The notes below the pieces were generated by a model. It saw only the letters and a list, made by a program, of their open reading frames with translations. It was not told where the DNA came from and did no database searches. This document shows, piece by piece, positions 16,931-28,600 of a stretch of 32,582 nucleotides of DNA. A program made the translations under genes and the position numbers. Source of the stretch: a virus (lineage: Duplodnaviria; Caudoviricetes); IMG/VR virus record IMGVR_UViG_3300010389_000069, positions 1 through 32,582 of that record, one strand, 5' to 3'. The stretch's first letter is position 1; each line of letters opens with the position of its first letter.

Positions 16931-19900
16931 ATGCCACAAAATACAAACTTAAATACCAAAGAGTATAACGACGATTTTGATGCGTCTAAAAATTTCTACA
17001 AGGTCCTTTTTAGACCAGGATACTCTATTCAGTCTAGGGAGTTAACTACATTACAATCGATTCTACAGAATCAGATTGAGCAATTTGGAAAATATCAATT
17101 CAAACAGGGGCAACAGGTTATTCCTGGTGAAGTCTCGTTTAACAACAGACTACACTATGTAAAACTTGCCTCTGTTTCCGAAGTTGCTGAGAATGTGGGT
17201 GGGGAAGTCGTATTTAATAAGTATGACATTAAAGACCTCATCGGTTACACCCTCACTGGATTAACTTCTGGTGTACAAGCGATTGTAATCGAAGCGGCAT
17301 ATGGGTCAGAGACAGAATCTGACACCATCTTCGTCAATTATATTAGTGGTGGTAATGATAGTGAAGCTACTTTTAGACAAGGTGAAGAATTAGAAGTAAA
17401 TATCGCTAACAGTCCTATTCTGACGGTTGGCACTGATGGCAGTTCTTTACCATCATCTATTACTAGTGTAAATCCAGATACTTTGGAAGCAACACTAATT
17501 GATAGTCCTGCAATGGGTTATGCTTCTGCTGTTAAAGTTGAAACAGGTATTTACTTTGTCAATGGTTTCTTTGTCCAGTGTGCGGAGAGTCTATTAGTTG
17601 TTGACAAGTATTATTCTCAACCATCTGCAAAGGTTGGTTTTGAAATCGAAGAAGAGTTAATCACTCCAGAAAAAGACATTACTCTATATGACAATGCTAG
17701 AGGGTCATCAAACTTTGCTGCTCCTGGAGCACACAGACTACAGATTAATTTAAATCTCAAAGCACTTGAGTTAGATGCTGATACAGGTGATAACTTTATT
17801 GAGTTACTCACTCTAAGACTCGGTGTAATTCAAAAGAAGGTCAATAAGAAAGAATACAACGTATTAGAAGATACACTTGCTAGAAGGACTTATGATGAGT
17901 CTGGCGATTACGTTGTAGATAACTTCCCAATCGAATTAAGAGAATACTGGCAAAGGTCTGGTAACCAAGGTTTATATCCAACTAGAATTGATGGCACGGT
18001 TGGTCCTCAAGGATTATCACAGGAAGATGCTGAAGCAAAATTAGTTTCTGGCATGGGTGCAGGCAAAGCATATGTCAGAGGATATGAGATTATTAATAAG
18101 GAAACCAAATTTCTTGAAATTGATAAGGCGCGAGATGTCCTTGTCAAAGAAAATAATAAAATCAAAACATATGGCACTCCATCGTTTAATGTAACCAATC
18201 TCTATGGCACGTTACCATTAAACTCTGAAGGACAACAGCTGTCATCATATCCAACAGTCTACATGTCTAGACTATTTAACGATGGATATCTTGGATACAA
18301 TGGTGATTCTGGCACTAGAAAAACTTTGGGTAGAAGAGGCGAGCCACTCAAGTCTTCAGCAAAAACTAATTTAATTCATGATTATGGTGTTAAGACTATC
18401 TACCTCAAGGCAAAGTCTCCTGCAGCGGATTACAGCGCCATTCTAGGGACTAGATTGTGGTATGTATCAGACCTAGCACAAACTCTTGCAGGAACCGCAG
18501 TTGACTATGTTGATGTAATTGGATTTTCTCAACTCACCAGACCTGATGATATTGGTGGTGAGATTTATCTTGAATTAACTGTATTGGGTAATAAGAGAGA
18601 TTTAGAATCAAAGTTTTTAGAATATGACAATGCAGATTTTATTCCACTTGCTTTAGGAAATGCAGCTGGTGCAGATGTAAAGAGAAGACAGTTATTCACA
18701 AGGACTACTGGGAATCCTACAGATGATGGCGATTTCCGAGCACAGAATTATTACTTCCAGCAGAGTGGCACACAAGTCCAAGTATCTGATTTGGAGTATG
18801 AAGTTCGTGTAGAAAATGGCGTAAATGTATACGTTGCCAAAGTCACTACAGTTACAGATCATGGTCTAGTAGCAGGAAATACGATTACAGTAGAAGGAGC
18901 TATTCCATCAAATTACAATACTACTGGTGCTGTTGTTTTAGCAAATAACATAGCATCCAAATACTTTGAGTATACTTTACCAGATGACCCTGGGTCTGCA
19001 GCGTCTGGTAATATTATTTTAACCGTGCCAATTTCAGAAGGAAATAAAATTTTCCCATATGGGGAAATTGTGGATTATAGTGAATTGATTACTCCTGTTA
19101 TTGGTGTTTGCAAACCAAAGAATATTTCACTCTTGAAAAGAGGCAGCGGTTTTAATCAAGAAACTGATAAGATTCTTTCTAAAGGTAGAGATGCTGCTGG
19201 TAATCCAGTATACAACTCAATTTTTAAAGTTGAATATTTTAACCCAATCTTCTTCACCAAATTAACTTTAGATTCTCCAGTTACAGTAGGATTTACCGCA
19301 GGCAGATATGTAACAGGACAAACTAGTGGTGCATATGCTGTTGTCGAAGGAGCTGCAGACTCTTCATATTCTTCATTTAATACTTTACATGTTAAAATGG
19401 TATCGGGCACCTTCATTTCAGGTGAAACGATTATTGATGAATCTGGAAATGTTTTAAGAATTGCTAAAGAAAATACCATTTCTCATTTTGTTGTCACGAA
19501 GAGAGGGTCTCAATATTCACAATCAACAGCAGAGGCATCAACAAAACCATTAAGTATTGATGGTAAGTTATTTGATATATCAGTAGTCAAACCAGTTTTA
19601 GAAGGTGGGCAAGTTATTAGAATTGATATTAATGATAGAAAAGCATTGAATGATGAATATGTATCTGCTCCATCTGCTATTGTAAGTTTTGATGCAGGCA
19701 CTCCACCAACATCAGCCGTTGTTAAAACAGTTTTATTTAAAAATACTGTATATACATATACGAATGAAAGTGTTAAATCTCTATTCTCTGAATTCGGAGA
19801 TGGTGAGGTTAATAAGTTTACTGCTGACGTGGAGACATTTGACACCGCATATTCTACAAGTAAAGATGTTACTTCTTCCACTTTTGAAGGCAGTGCTGGT

Positions 19901-22900
19901 AAAAAGATTCTCACTTGTTTAGCATTCTCTGGCAATCCTACTATTGATTTACTTCCTGGAGATATTGTCGAGTTTATTGATTCTACTGGTGTGTTATGCA
20001 GAAATATTGTAGAAACTGTGACTCCTCCAAGTGGATTGGTAAGAGGTCAAGTATATCTTGATACTGCCCTCCAAGAAGACGTAACTAATGCAACACTTGT
20101 AAGAAAGAGAAATAAAATTTCTAATCCAGAAAATTCTTCTTTATTACTACCACTAGGATTTAAGTCTGCTAGCAGCTTGATTCAAGATAGTGATGACACC
20201 AAGATTAGATACTATATTCGTAGAGACTTTATTACCACTTCATCTACTTCTGGTGGCCAGATTACTTTCTCTGCTCAACTTAAATTTGGCACACAGAGAT
20301 TTATCGAATTTAGAGAAAGCAACTTCTTATTGACAGTTTTAGATAAAGGTAACTCAGATACTGGTTTGGAGAATGGTGATGTCATGTATATCACTGGCGA
20401 CCAAGTTTCCGCATTGTCTTCTGGTGGTGTTTCTATCACTCTAGACAATCTAACCTTTAGGTCTGATGCTTCTTCAGCATCAAATGTTGTATTAAAGTTA
20501 ACTGCAACTATTGAGGTTGATAAAGCATCTCCTAAGACTAAGACTGCTATTAGAAACAAAAGAATCGTTGTCGTATCATCTGGTGACAAAGTAATTCCTT
20601 TCCGTGGATATGACTATGATGCCAAGACTGCAGATGTTATCTCATATGCAGATGCATTTGGTGTCTATGGCACCGATATTAAGGTCTTCGAGGGGTCTGT
20701 TTCCAATCCTCCTACTCTAGATGACCAAAACAATGTAATTGAAGGTTATGATGTAACTGAAAGGTTTACATTTGATGATGGTCAGAGAGATACTTTCTAC
20801 GATGTTTCTCGCCTCGTATTAAAGCCTGGTTTTGATGCTCCTGCTGGTCAATTAGTAATTGTGTTTAATTACTTCGAGCATTCTGCTGGAGATTTCTGCA
20901 CAGTTGATTCATATCTCCTCACTGGAGTCCCAACATCAGACATCCCATACTTCAACTCACCTTCACTAGGTAGAGTTTATCTTGCCGACTTGGTTGATTT
21001 TAGACCCAAAGTCGATGTAAATTCGATTATCTCTGGATTCCAAGACAAAGCATTATTAGCAAGCAACAATACTATCTCATTTAATGGGTCTGGTGGTATT
21101 CCTTCTGCTACACCTGCTCATGACGATAACTTAGAATATACATTTGGATTCAATAGCAAGCAATATCTAGATAGAATTGATGGCATTTTCTTGAATAAGA
21201 AAGGAAACTTTATTGTTAAGAAAGGCAACTCTTCACTCAATCCATCTAAACCAGAGTCTCCCGATGATGCGATTGCTCTTTACTATCTCTTCATTCCTGC
21301 TTTCACAGAAAATGTAAAGGATATTCGTGTAACTCCTGTCGATAATCGTCGTTACACAATGCGCGATATCGGTAAGTTGGAAAAACGTATCGAGCGTCTT
21401 GAGTATTATACAACTTTAAGTGTTCTTGAGCAGCAGACATTCAACACTCAAATCAAGGATGACATCGGTCTTGATAGATTTAAGTCTGGCATTATCGTAG
21501 ATAATTTTGAGAATCATGCAGTAGGCAACCTCAAGTCACTAGACTACAAGTGCTCTATTGATACACAACAGTCTGTATTAACTGCTCCTACTGTAGAAAA
21601 CTCATATGGATTGAGAGAAATCTCTACAACAAATCAAGAAAGGTCTGTTGCTGGTTATCAGAAAACTGGCGAAGTATTAACTCTTCCTTATGCTACTCAA
21701 GATTTTGTTTCTAACAAATTTGCAACAGCAGATGGTAAGATTAATCCAAACCCATTTGTAGTTGTCCAATATGTTGGTGATGCTTCTATCTCTCCATCCA
21801 TCGACCATTGGTATGATAATACTCAGACACCAAATATTCTGAATAACGATACTAAAGTATTCTCTGTATTTGTTAATAAGACAGATGCTAGAGAAGGATA
21901 TTCAAGTCTCAATAATTTCTATATTACTAATTGGGTAGGCACTAATAGAGCATTTTATAACATTAGCTCTCTGAATGATATCACTACAAATACTGAAGCA
22001 AATGTAGTTGCAGCAAAAATTTCTACTTCTTCTAATATTAGTCCACAAAACAATGAAATTGGTAAAGGTATTACCACTACGACAACAGGTCAAACTACAG
22101 TTGCTTCATCATTGCAGCTATATGCAAGGTCAAAAGCAATTAAGTTTAATCTAAGAAGACTAAAACCAAATACAAAATTCTATGCATTTATTGATGGCAG
22201 AAACGTAGCACGCTATGTTTGTCAAGATGTTAGATATACTGGTATCGCCGCAAATTCTCTCGGACCATTTGGTGTAAATGAAGATGGGTCTTCAATTAAA
22301 ACAGATTCAAATGGTGATGCTAGTGGTCTATTAATTTTCCCTGCTGGCACTGCACCACTACAAAACTCTTCTTGGACTGGTGATATTAATAGTGTTGCAT
22401 ATGAGTCTGAAGGTGAAGAATTAAACTTTACCACTGGAATTAAAACTATCAGGTTTACAACTAGTGATGAAGATGCGAATGATGAGAGTGTAGATAGTTT
22501 TGCAGAGTGTAAGTATTACGCTACAGGCACTTTCCCAAATCAACCAGCATCTATCATTTCGACCATTCCTTCTTTCTTGAAAGGTGCAGAAGGTGTCCAG
22601 TTTATTGATAACGCATCAACACAAGCAAAACCAAGTCCACTATCTCAGACATTCCGTGTTGAAAATATGGATGGTGGTTGTTTCGTTACTAGTGTTGACC
22701 TTTATTTTGCACAGAAGAGCGAGACTCTACCTATTAGAGTTTATCTAACAGATACTACTTCTGGAAAACCTGGCAGTTATATTGTCCCAGGCACAGAAGT
22801 TGTTAGGTCTTCTGATACATACCTCAAGATATACACCAGTGGAAGTTTAGATTTGCTCATTGGTGAAACAATCTCTGGAAGAACATCTGGAGTAAAAGGT

Positions 22901-25435
22901 GTTGTTAAGGAAGTGGTTGACCAAAATGGCAATAAACTTCTACCTACTTTACAGAATACTGTAAGGGTAAATAACGACCAAGTTTACACTTTAGTCCTTT
23001 CAAACTACACCAGCCTTGATGGTAGTGGATTCCAACCAAATGAAGGTTTGTCTATTCCTTCTCTATCTGAATTCAATACCCTTAATAATACTACTTTAAC
23101 AGTAACTATTGCAAAAGATTCTGGTAGAATTGTTTCTCTCAATATTACTGATTATGGCGAAGGATATGATTCCGCAACCCTAGTCATTCAAAGTCCACAA
23201 CTTCCTGGAGGTAGTGTTGCTACAGCAAACGTATTCATTTCAAATGGTGAAGTATTTGATACATCCATCCTTCTAGAAGGGTCTGGTTATACTGATGCAC
23301 CTTCTATTATCCTAAGACCTAATGGGTCTATTAGTAGAGAAGCAGTCATTGAGCCTGTGCTAGAGATTGATACTCCTGCAGTTAGAATGGGTGTTTCTGT
23401 TGACCCACAAGATGGACAAACTCTAGATTCTGTATCTCCTACTAGATTTACATTTGACCATCCAATTTATTTGCAAAATAATACTGATTATGCTTTAGGT
23501 ATCGAAACTGATTCCACTGACTATAGAGTTTGGTCTTCTCGTCTAGGTGAAACAGATATTTCCACATCACAAGTTATTACACAGCAACCTTTACTTGGGT
23601 CTGTCTATAGATCACAAAACGTTGATGCATGGACTGAAGACTTAAGTCAAGATATTAAGTTTGTAATGAAGAGAGCAGTATTTGTCACTGATACTCCAGC
23701 AAATATTAGATTGACCAATGAAGAGTTAGGTTATGAGTTACTAGACTTCAATCCTATTCAAACAGACTCTTCATCTAATGATAGCGCCGATTCTCCTCTA
23801 TTCAGAAACAATAATAAAATTATTAGAGTTTCTCATAAGAATTCTGGTTTTGAAGACTCTGGTAAGTCATATGTTACATTCCGTCAGTCATCTGATGTTG
23901 GCGGCATTGAAGGTGAAACCATCAATTCCTCTCTATTCCAAGTTTCTAACTCTGGTCTAAATTCTTATAATATCACTTCTACACTTGGTGCAGGATCTAG
24001 CACTTTTGGTGGTGGTAGTAATGTGCTTGCTTCATACAATAGAAAGTATGAAAAACTTTATCCTAGAATTGGTTATCTCTCATTTAGTGAGACACCATTT
24101 AATGTGAGTGTCAAGACAACTAATATTATTCCTCAAGATTCTACTGGCACCAATTATGTGTCATATCAACAGTCTGACTATGAGACAACATTCTTGAATG
24201 AAGAGCATTTCTTTGACAATCAAAAAGTTATTGCATCCACATTTAATGAAGTCAAAAACAATATTGATGAATCGCTAGAGTATAAATTTACGTTTAGCAC
24301 TACTCAAGATAATCTATCACCTGTCATTGATTTGAGGTCTTCTTCCGTCAAGTGTATTTCTACACAAATTGATAAACCAAAAGGTAATGAAATTAGATTT
24401 GGTAGAAGGTATAAGTTATTATCATTCTATCCTGTTTATAAGTTTAATGTCACCAATCTTCCTGTTGACCAGGCAGGAGACCCAATCATCCCAACCACTG
24501 ACCAAAGTGTTACTGGTGATACATCAAACTGTCGCGGAGATATCATTAAGGTAGTTGGGTCTCTAGTTTATGTTAAAGTTAAGAATAGCAGTGTATTCCA
24601 AGCAGGTGAAAGTTTGACATTTGGTGTCCAATCATTTACTGGTGTTGCTGTTTCTCCAGATGGAATTACTAGAGTCGTAAGTAACTTTACTATTGGTACA
24701 CAGGTTGAAGCTTTCCAAGAAAATCTTTCTGATAGATTTGGTAATAAAATCTACGGCACTATTATTTCTTGGGACGATAAGACAGAAACTCTTACTGTCT
24801 TAGAAGAGAAGGCACCAATTAATAATGATTATACCTCTTCTGCCACAGGCAATTTTGCTAGAAATTCTTCTAATAGTGGCGACAATCAAGTCAGTGATAT
24901 TATTAGAGTTGGTGATAATCTATGGCATCAAAATATTTCACCAGCAGACGCTACTGATTTGAATGAATCTGTCCCTGGTTTCGTTGAGGTTTCCTCCATA
25001 GATTATTCATCTGGTGTCAACTTTACCCCAGACACTACTTCCAAGAATAGCACTTCTCTCGCTAAATATGTTACTAAAGAAGTAACACTTGCAAATCCAG
25101 CGACAACCATTGAAGTTAGATTGACTGCAAACATGGCAGCATCAGATGACGTTGTGGTTTACTATAAGGTCAAACCTGTAAATTCCCAACTAGTCTTTGA
25201 TGATATTGAATGGGTTGCATTTAATGGTAGTGGATTGCCAGATGTTGAAGTTATTCCTTCAAACGAAGCATCTATTTCTGGATTGTTTGAATCACAATCT
25301 TCATATAAAGAACACAAGTATAGTGTTTCCGATTTAAGTGAATTTGCTTCATTTGCTGTAAAAGTTATAATGAAGGCATCAAATCCATGTTACGTTCCTA
25401 AAATTCAAGACGCGAGAATTGTAGCGGCATACTGA
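16931..25435 (+). CDS. vrlC: VrlC-like (DUF4815) giant virion structural protein
   Basis: MPQNTNLN...YNDDFD...LFRPG, LARRTYDESGDY, RYTMRDIGKLEKRIERLEYYT, DRFKSGIIVDNF, PLSQTF motifs; follows gp8 as in cyanomyoviruses. Confidence 0.85.
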   Translation: MPQNTNLNTKEYNDDFDASKNFYKVLFRPGYSIQSRELTTLQSILQNQIEQFGKYQFKQGQQVIPGEVSFNNRLHYVKLASVSEVAENVGGEVVFNKYDIKDLIGYTLTGLTSGVQAIVIEAAYGSETESDTIFVNYISGGNDSEATFRQGEELEVNIANSPILTVGTDGSSLPSSITSVNPDTLEATLIDSPAMGYASAVKVETGIYFVNGFFVQCAESLLVVDKYYSQPSAKVGFEIEEELITPEKDITLYDNARGSSNFAAPGAHRLQINLNLKALELDADTGDNFIELLTLRLGVIQKKVNKKEYNVLEDTLARRTYDESGDYVVDNFPIELREYWQRSGNQGLYPTRIDGTVGPQGLSQEDAEAKLVSGMGAGKAYVRGYEIINKETKFLEIDKARDVLVKENNKIKTYGTPSFNVTNLYGTLPLNSEGQQLSSYPTVYMSRLFNDGYLGYNGDSGTRKTLGRRGEPLKSSAKTNLIHDYGVKTIYLKAKSPAADYSAILGTRLWYVSDLAQTLAGTAVDYVDVIGFSQLTRPDDIGGEIYLELTVLGNKRDLESKFLEYDNADFIPLALGNAAGADVKRRQLFTRTTGNPTDDGDFRAQNYYFQQSGTQVQVSDLEYEVRVENGVNVYVAKVTTVTDHGLVAGNTITVEGAIPSNYNTTGAVVLANNIASKYFEYTLPDDPGSAASGNIILTVPISEGNKIFPYGEIVDYSELITPVIGVCKPKNISLLKRGSGFNQETDKILSKGRDAAGNPVYNSIFKVEYFNPIFFTKLTLDSPVTVGFTAGRYVTGQTSGAYAVVEGAADSSYSSFNTLHVKMVSGTFISGETIIDESGNVLRIAKENTISHFVVTKRGSQYSQSTAEASTKPLSIDGKLFDISVVKPVLEGGQVIRIDINDRKALNDEYVSAPSAIVSFDAGTPPTSAVVKTVLFKNTVYTYTNESVKSLFSEFGDGEVNKFTADVETFDTAYSTSKDVTSSTFEGSAGKKILTCLAFSGNPTIDLLPGDIVEFIDSTGVLCRNIVETVTPPSGLVRGQVYLDTALQEDVTNATLVRKRNKISNPENSSLLLPLGFKSASSLIQDSDDTKIRYYIRRDFITTSSTSGGQITFSAQLKFGTQRFIEFRESNFLLTVLDKGNSDTGLENGDVMYITGDQVSALSSGGVSITLDNLTFRSDASSASNVVLKLTATIEVDKASPKTKTAIRNKRIVVVSSGDKVIPFRGYDYDAKTADVISYADAFGVYGTDIKVFEGSVSNPPTLDDQNNVIEGYDVTERFTFDDGQRDTFYDVSRLVLKPGFDAPAGQLVIVFNYFEHSAGDFCTVDSYLLTGVPTSDIPYFNSPSLGRVYLADLVDFRPKVDVNSIISGFQDKALLASNNTISFNGSGGIPSATPAHDDNLEYTFGFNSKQYLDRIDGIFLNKKGNFIVKKGNSSLNPSKPESPDDAIALYYLFIPAFTENVKDIRVTPVDNRRYTMRDIGKLEKRIERLEYYTTLSVLEQQTFNTQIKDDIGLDRFKSGIIVDNFENHAVGNLKSLDYKCSIDTQQSVLTAPTVENSYGLREISTTNQERSVAGYQKTGEVLTLPYATQDFVSNKFATADGKINPNPFVVVQYVGDASISPSIDHWYDNTQTPNILNNDTKVFSVFVNKTDAREGYSSLNNFYITNWVGTNRAFYNISSLNDITTNTEANVVAAKISTSSNISPQNNEIGKGITTTTTGQTTVASSLQLYARSKAIKFNLRRLKPNTKFYAFIDGRNVARYVCQDVRYTGIAANSLGPFGVNEDGSSIKTDSNGDASGLLIFPAGTAPLQNSSWTGDINSVAYESEGEELNFTTGIKTIRFTTSDEDANDESVDSFAECKYYATGTFPNQPASIISTIPSFLKGAEGVQFIDNASTQAKPSPLSQTFRVENMDGGCFVTSVDLYFAQKSETLPIRVYLTDTTSGKPGSYIVPGTEVVRSSDTYLKIYTSGSLDLLIGETISGRTSGVKGVVKEVVDQNGNKLLPTLQNTVRVNNDQVYTLVLSNYTSLDGSGFQPNEGLSIPSLSEFNTLNNTTLTVTIAKDSGRIVSLNITDYGEGYDSATLVIQSPQLPGGSVATANVFISNGEVFDTSILLEGSGYTDAPSIILRPNGSISREAVIEPVLEIDTPAVRMGVSVDPQDGQTLDSVSPTRFTFDHPIYLQNNTDYALGIETDSTDYRVWSSRLGETDISTSQVITQQPLLGSVYRSQNVDAWTEDLSQDIKFVMKRAVFVTDTPANIRLTNEELGYELLDFNPIQTDSSSNDSADSPLFRNNNKIIRVSHKNSGFEDSGKSYVTFRQSSDVGGIEGETINSSLFQVSNSGLNSYNITSTLGAGSSTFGGGSNVLASYNRKYEKLYPRIGYLSFSETPFNVSVKTTNIIPQDSTGTNYVSYQQSDYETTFLNEEHFFDNQKVIASTFNEVKNNIDESLEYKFTFSTTQDNLSPVIDLRSSSVKCISTQIDKPKGNEIRFGRRYKLLSFYPVYKFNVTNLPVDQAGDPIIPTTDQSVTGDTSNCRGDIIKVVGSLVYVKVKNSSVFQAGESLTFGVQSFTGVAVSPDGITRVVSNFTIGTQVEAFQENLSDRFGNKIYGTIISWDDKTETLTVLEEKAPINNDYTSSATGNFARNSSNSGDNQVSDIIRVGDNLWHQNISPADATDLNESVPGFVEVSSIDYSSGVNFTPDTTSKNSTSLAKYVTKEVTLANPATTIEVRLTANMAASDDVVVYYKVKPVNSQLVFDDIEWVAFNGSGLPDVEVIPSNEASISGLFESQSSYKEHKYSVSDLSEFASFAVKVIMKASNPCYVPKIQDARIVAAY

Positions 25436-25647
25436 TGAATAAATTTTCAAAGGTAGAAGGACATGATGACCTTTACCGTGATAACACTACTGGTGCCATA
25501 ATAAATACAGATAAAAGTTTATTTGAAAATAGTAAAAGATCTACATCTGCTTCTGGGATTATCAAAAACCTTCAGTCAGATGTAGAAACTTTGAAAGGCG
25601 AATTGTCTGAAATTAAACATCTTCTACGAGAAATAGCTGGTAAGTAA
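25435..25647 (+). CDS. Small conserved hypothetical protein (KVEGH..LYRD..TGAIIN plus coiled coil)
   Basis: 70-aa ORF coupled on both sides (TGATG, TAATG). Confidence 0.85.
   Translation: MNKFSKVEGHDDLYRDNTTGAIINTDKSLFENSKRSTSASGIIKNLQSDVETLKGELSEIKHLLREIAGK
25500..25507 (+). promoter_or_regulatory. Putative intragenic late promoter AATAAATA
   Basis: Encoded by ATA-ATA-AAT-A (Ile-Ile-Asn, rare ATA codons) about 140 nt upstream of the fibre gene. Confidence 0.5.
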
Positions 25648-28600
25648 TGGCACTAAGAAACGTCCCCAAAAGTTATACCTTTGACCAACAACGTCAGGAG
25701 ATTAACTCTCTCGCTGGTGATGTGGGTGATATCACTCAACTTGCGAGTGGTTTGCCTAGTGTTGTTGCTGCTATCAACCAGATTACTGCTGGTTCAGCAG
25801 ATGGTGGAGAATTACTAAACGGTCCTGCAGCACCTACAGCAGGTGATGGTGCTAATGGAGATTTTTGGTTAGACACTAGCACCAATGACTTATATGGTCC
25901 TAAAGAAAATGGTGCTTGGCCTACTTCAACTATTTCTTTTTCTGAGCAAATTCTTTCTGGTGTTGTAGCACCTCTTAGCACACTCGGTAAAGAAAACGAC
26001 TACTATTTTGATAGTGCTAAGAAAGAATTATACGGTCCCAAAACTACATCTGGTTGGGGCACGCCAACTCCTCTTGGTGAAGCAGATTACCAAAACGTTT
26101 TATATGTAAAACCTAATGGTGATGATGCTAACACTGGTGCAAGTCCATCAAAGGCATTCCGCACAATTAAAGCAGCAGCTAAAGCAGCAGCTGCTACAGA
26201 TGGCAATACTACTATCCGTGTCGCTACTGGTAAGTATTACGAAGATAACCCAATTTATCTTCCTAATGGCACATCTATTGTTGGTGACAACTTAAGAGAA
26301 ACTATTGTTATCCCAGAAAATGAAGGTAGAGATATCTTCTGGGTGACATCTGGTTGTTATATCAACTACATGGTGTTTGAAGATAACTTCACTGGAGGTT
26401 TAGGTTATCTTGAAACAGAGCCTACTGATAATCGCACACTTACTGCAGTTGACCAAACTTTTAGAGTATTACCAGGACACACTCTACAAAAGATTGATGG
26501 TGTATATCCAGACAGTGGAAATACCATTGAATTTAGAAAGACTAATCTAATTGCTAGTGCGATTGCAGATATGCTAGCGCAATTTCCAGCGTTAGTTAAT
26601 AATCCAGATTATGACCAAACAACTTGTGAGAGAGACTTAGGTCTTATTGCTGATGCAATTATTGCTGACTTAAGGTCTGGCGGTAATGTCAAATCTATTC
26701 AAGCTGGTCTCTCATACTTAGATGCCAATCTAGAATTGATTCCTGAAATTCAAGGTGAAGAGATTGAGCAAATTTACGCAATCGAAAGACTTTCATATCA
26801 CGCTCAACAAGAAATTTTAACTAACTGGTCTACAGATCCTGGTTGGACTTATTCTCCTATCACTCAAGATGTCGCTGGTTATCCAGCATGTGCTAGAGCA
26901 CAAGCATATATCAGCACACTAGAAAATATTATCACTTCTCTTATGCAGGGTGGTGATGTTCCTCAATATTATGTTGGTCCTGGATTTATTTTAATTGACC
27001 AAGAGTGGATGGAAGTTATTGACTTCGATACTACCACTAATACATTTATTGTTAATAGAGGTGTCAATGACCCAATTACAGGTGAATCAACTGTAGCAGC
27101 AAAACACATTACTGGTGCATTTGTTTCTCAGAGTGCATTTACTTGGAGGTATGCAGTAGCATATCCAGAGCAAAGTGGATATGTAGGAAAGGGTCGTGTT
27201 ACTCTCAATGATAACGATTCTGTCGTATCAGGAAATGTTAATACTCTATTTACAGAAGAATTCCAAGTAGGTTGGAGTATTAAAGTAAATGGAAATAGTT
27301 ACACCATTCAATCTATTGATAATGACCAGCAATTAACTCTAACTAGTCCTGTGCCTGTTGGTCAGGCAGCAACTCTCGATATCTTCTATGTTATCCCACC
27401 AAAAGAAAGAATTTTCTTATCACCATATACACAAAACTGCTCATGTATCTCCAAGTTAGGTAAGGCAGTTTATGATTCTAACTTAGGAGAATATGATGCG
27501 TCCAAGACAAGAGCAGGTGGTCTTTTTGCTGATGGTGCTCAGCTCGACGGCAATAGCCCTCTTGAGTCTATGGTTGTGGATGCATTCACTCAAATCGTAT
27601 TTGGGTCAATTGGTTTCCACTTAAAAAATGATGCATATGCTCAGTTAGTTTCTGTCTTCCAAGTTTTTGAATCAGTCGGTGTCCTTGCAGAATCTGGTGG
27701 TTATGCATCTATCACTAACTCTGCTACCAACTTTGGTTTTGAAGGTCTCAAAGCAGTAGGTTTCTCTGATAACGTATTACCTATCTTTGCGGGTGGTCAA
27801 GTATCTAGTGTCCAAAATATTACTAAAACCGATATCAACACTGCTCCAAGTAATATTGTCGGCACTACATTTTCATCTGCATCTGGTGGGACGGCAACTA
27901 GAGCGACTATCGAAGTTTCTATTGTTGATATTGGTAAGTTTGAAAGAGGTCAAACTATTACTATTTCAAACCATGTATCAACACCAGATATCAATGGCAC
28001 AGGAAAGGTAATCGATACTGTAGATTTCCAAAACAATATTATTACTATCATTGAAAACGTTGCTTATGATGCCGTCAATTTTGTTGATGGCGGCACTACA
28101 GGTGAAATTGAGATTGCTTCAGGTTCTGTATATACCAAGATTAATGTAACTGGTTACCAAGCGCCACCTATTCCAAACTATATTCTAAAGATTCCAGGTC
28201 TTGGTTTAGACCCAACTGGAAATGAGCATGTAGTTGGCGAAGTGCTTTCATATGACCCAGGAAACTTCACAGAATTTACAACCAATTTCCCACTATCGAA
28301 TGCTGAGATTTCAGCAATTGCAAATAACGCAACTGCTCAGTTATTTGCTCCTTCTACTGTTAACAGCTCTTCACACACTTTTGAATATGTTGGCACTGGC
28401 ATCAACTACACCGCATTCCCACAGAATGGTGGTATTACTGATGCAGCAAAACAAAATGTAGAAGTTAAATCTGGTAAGACATATGTCAGTGCTACCGACC
28501 AGAGTGGTAACTTCAGTGTTGGTCCTTTCTTCAATGTCAACCTCAGAAGTGGTAAAGTTACATTTAACGGGTCTGTTGCACTTGGCGTCCTAGATTCTCT

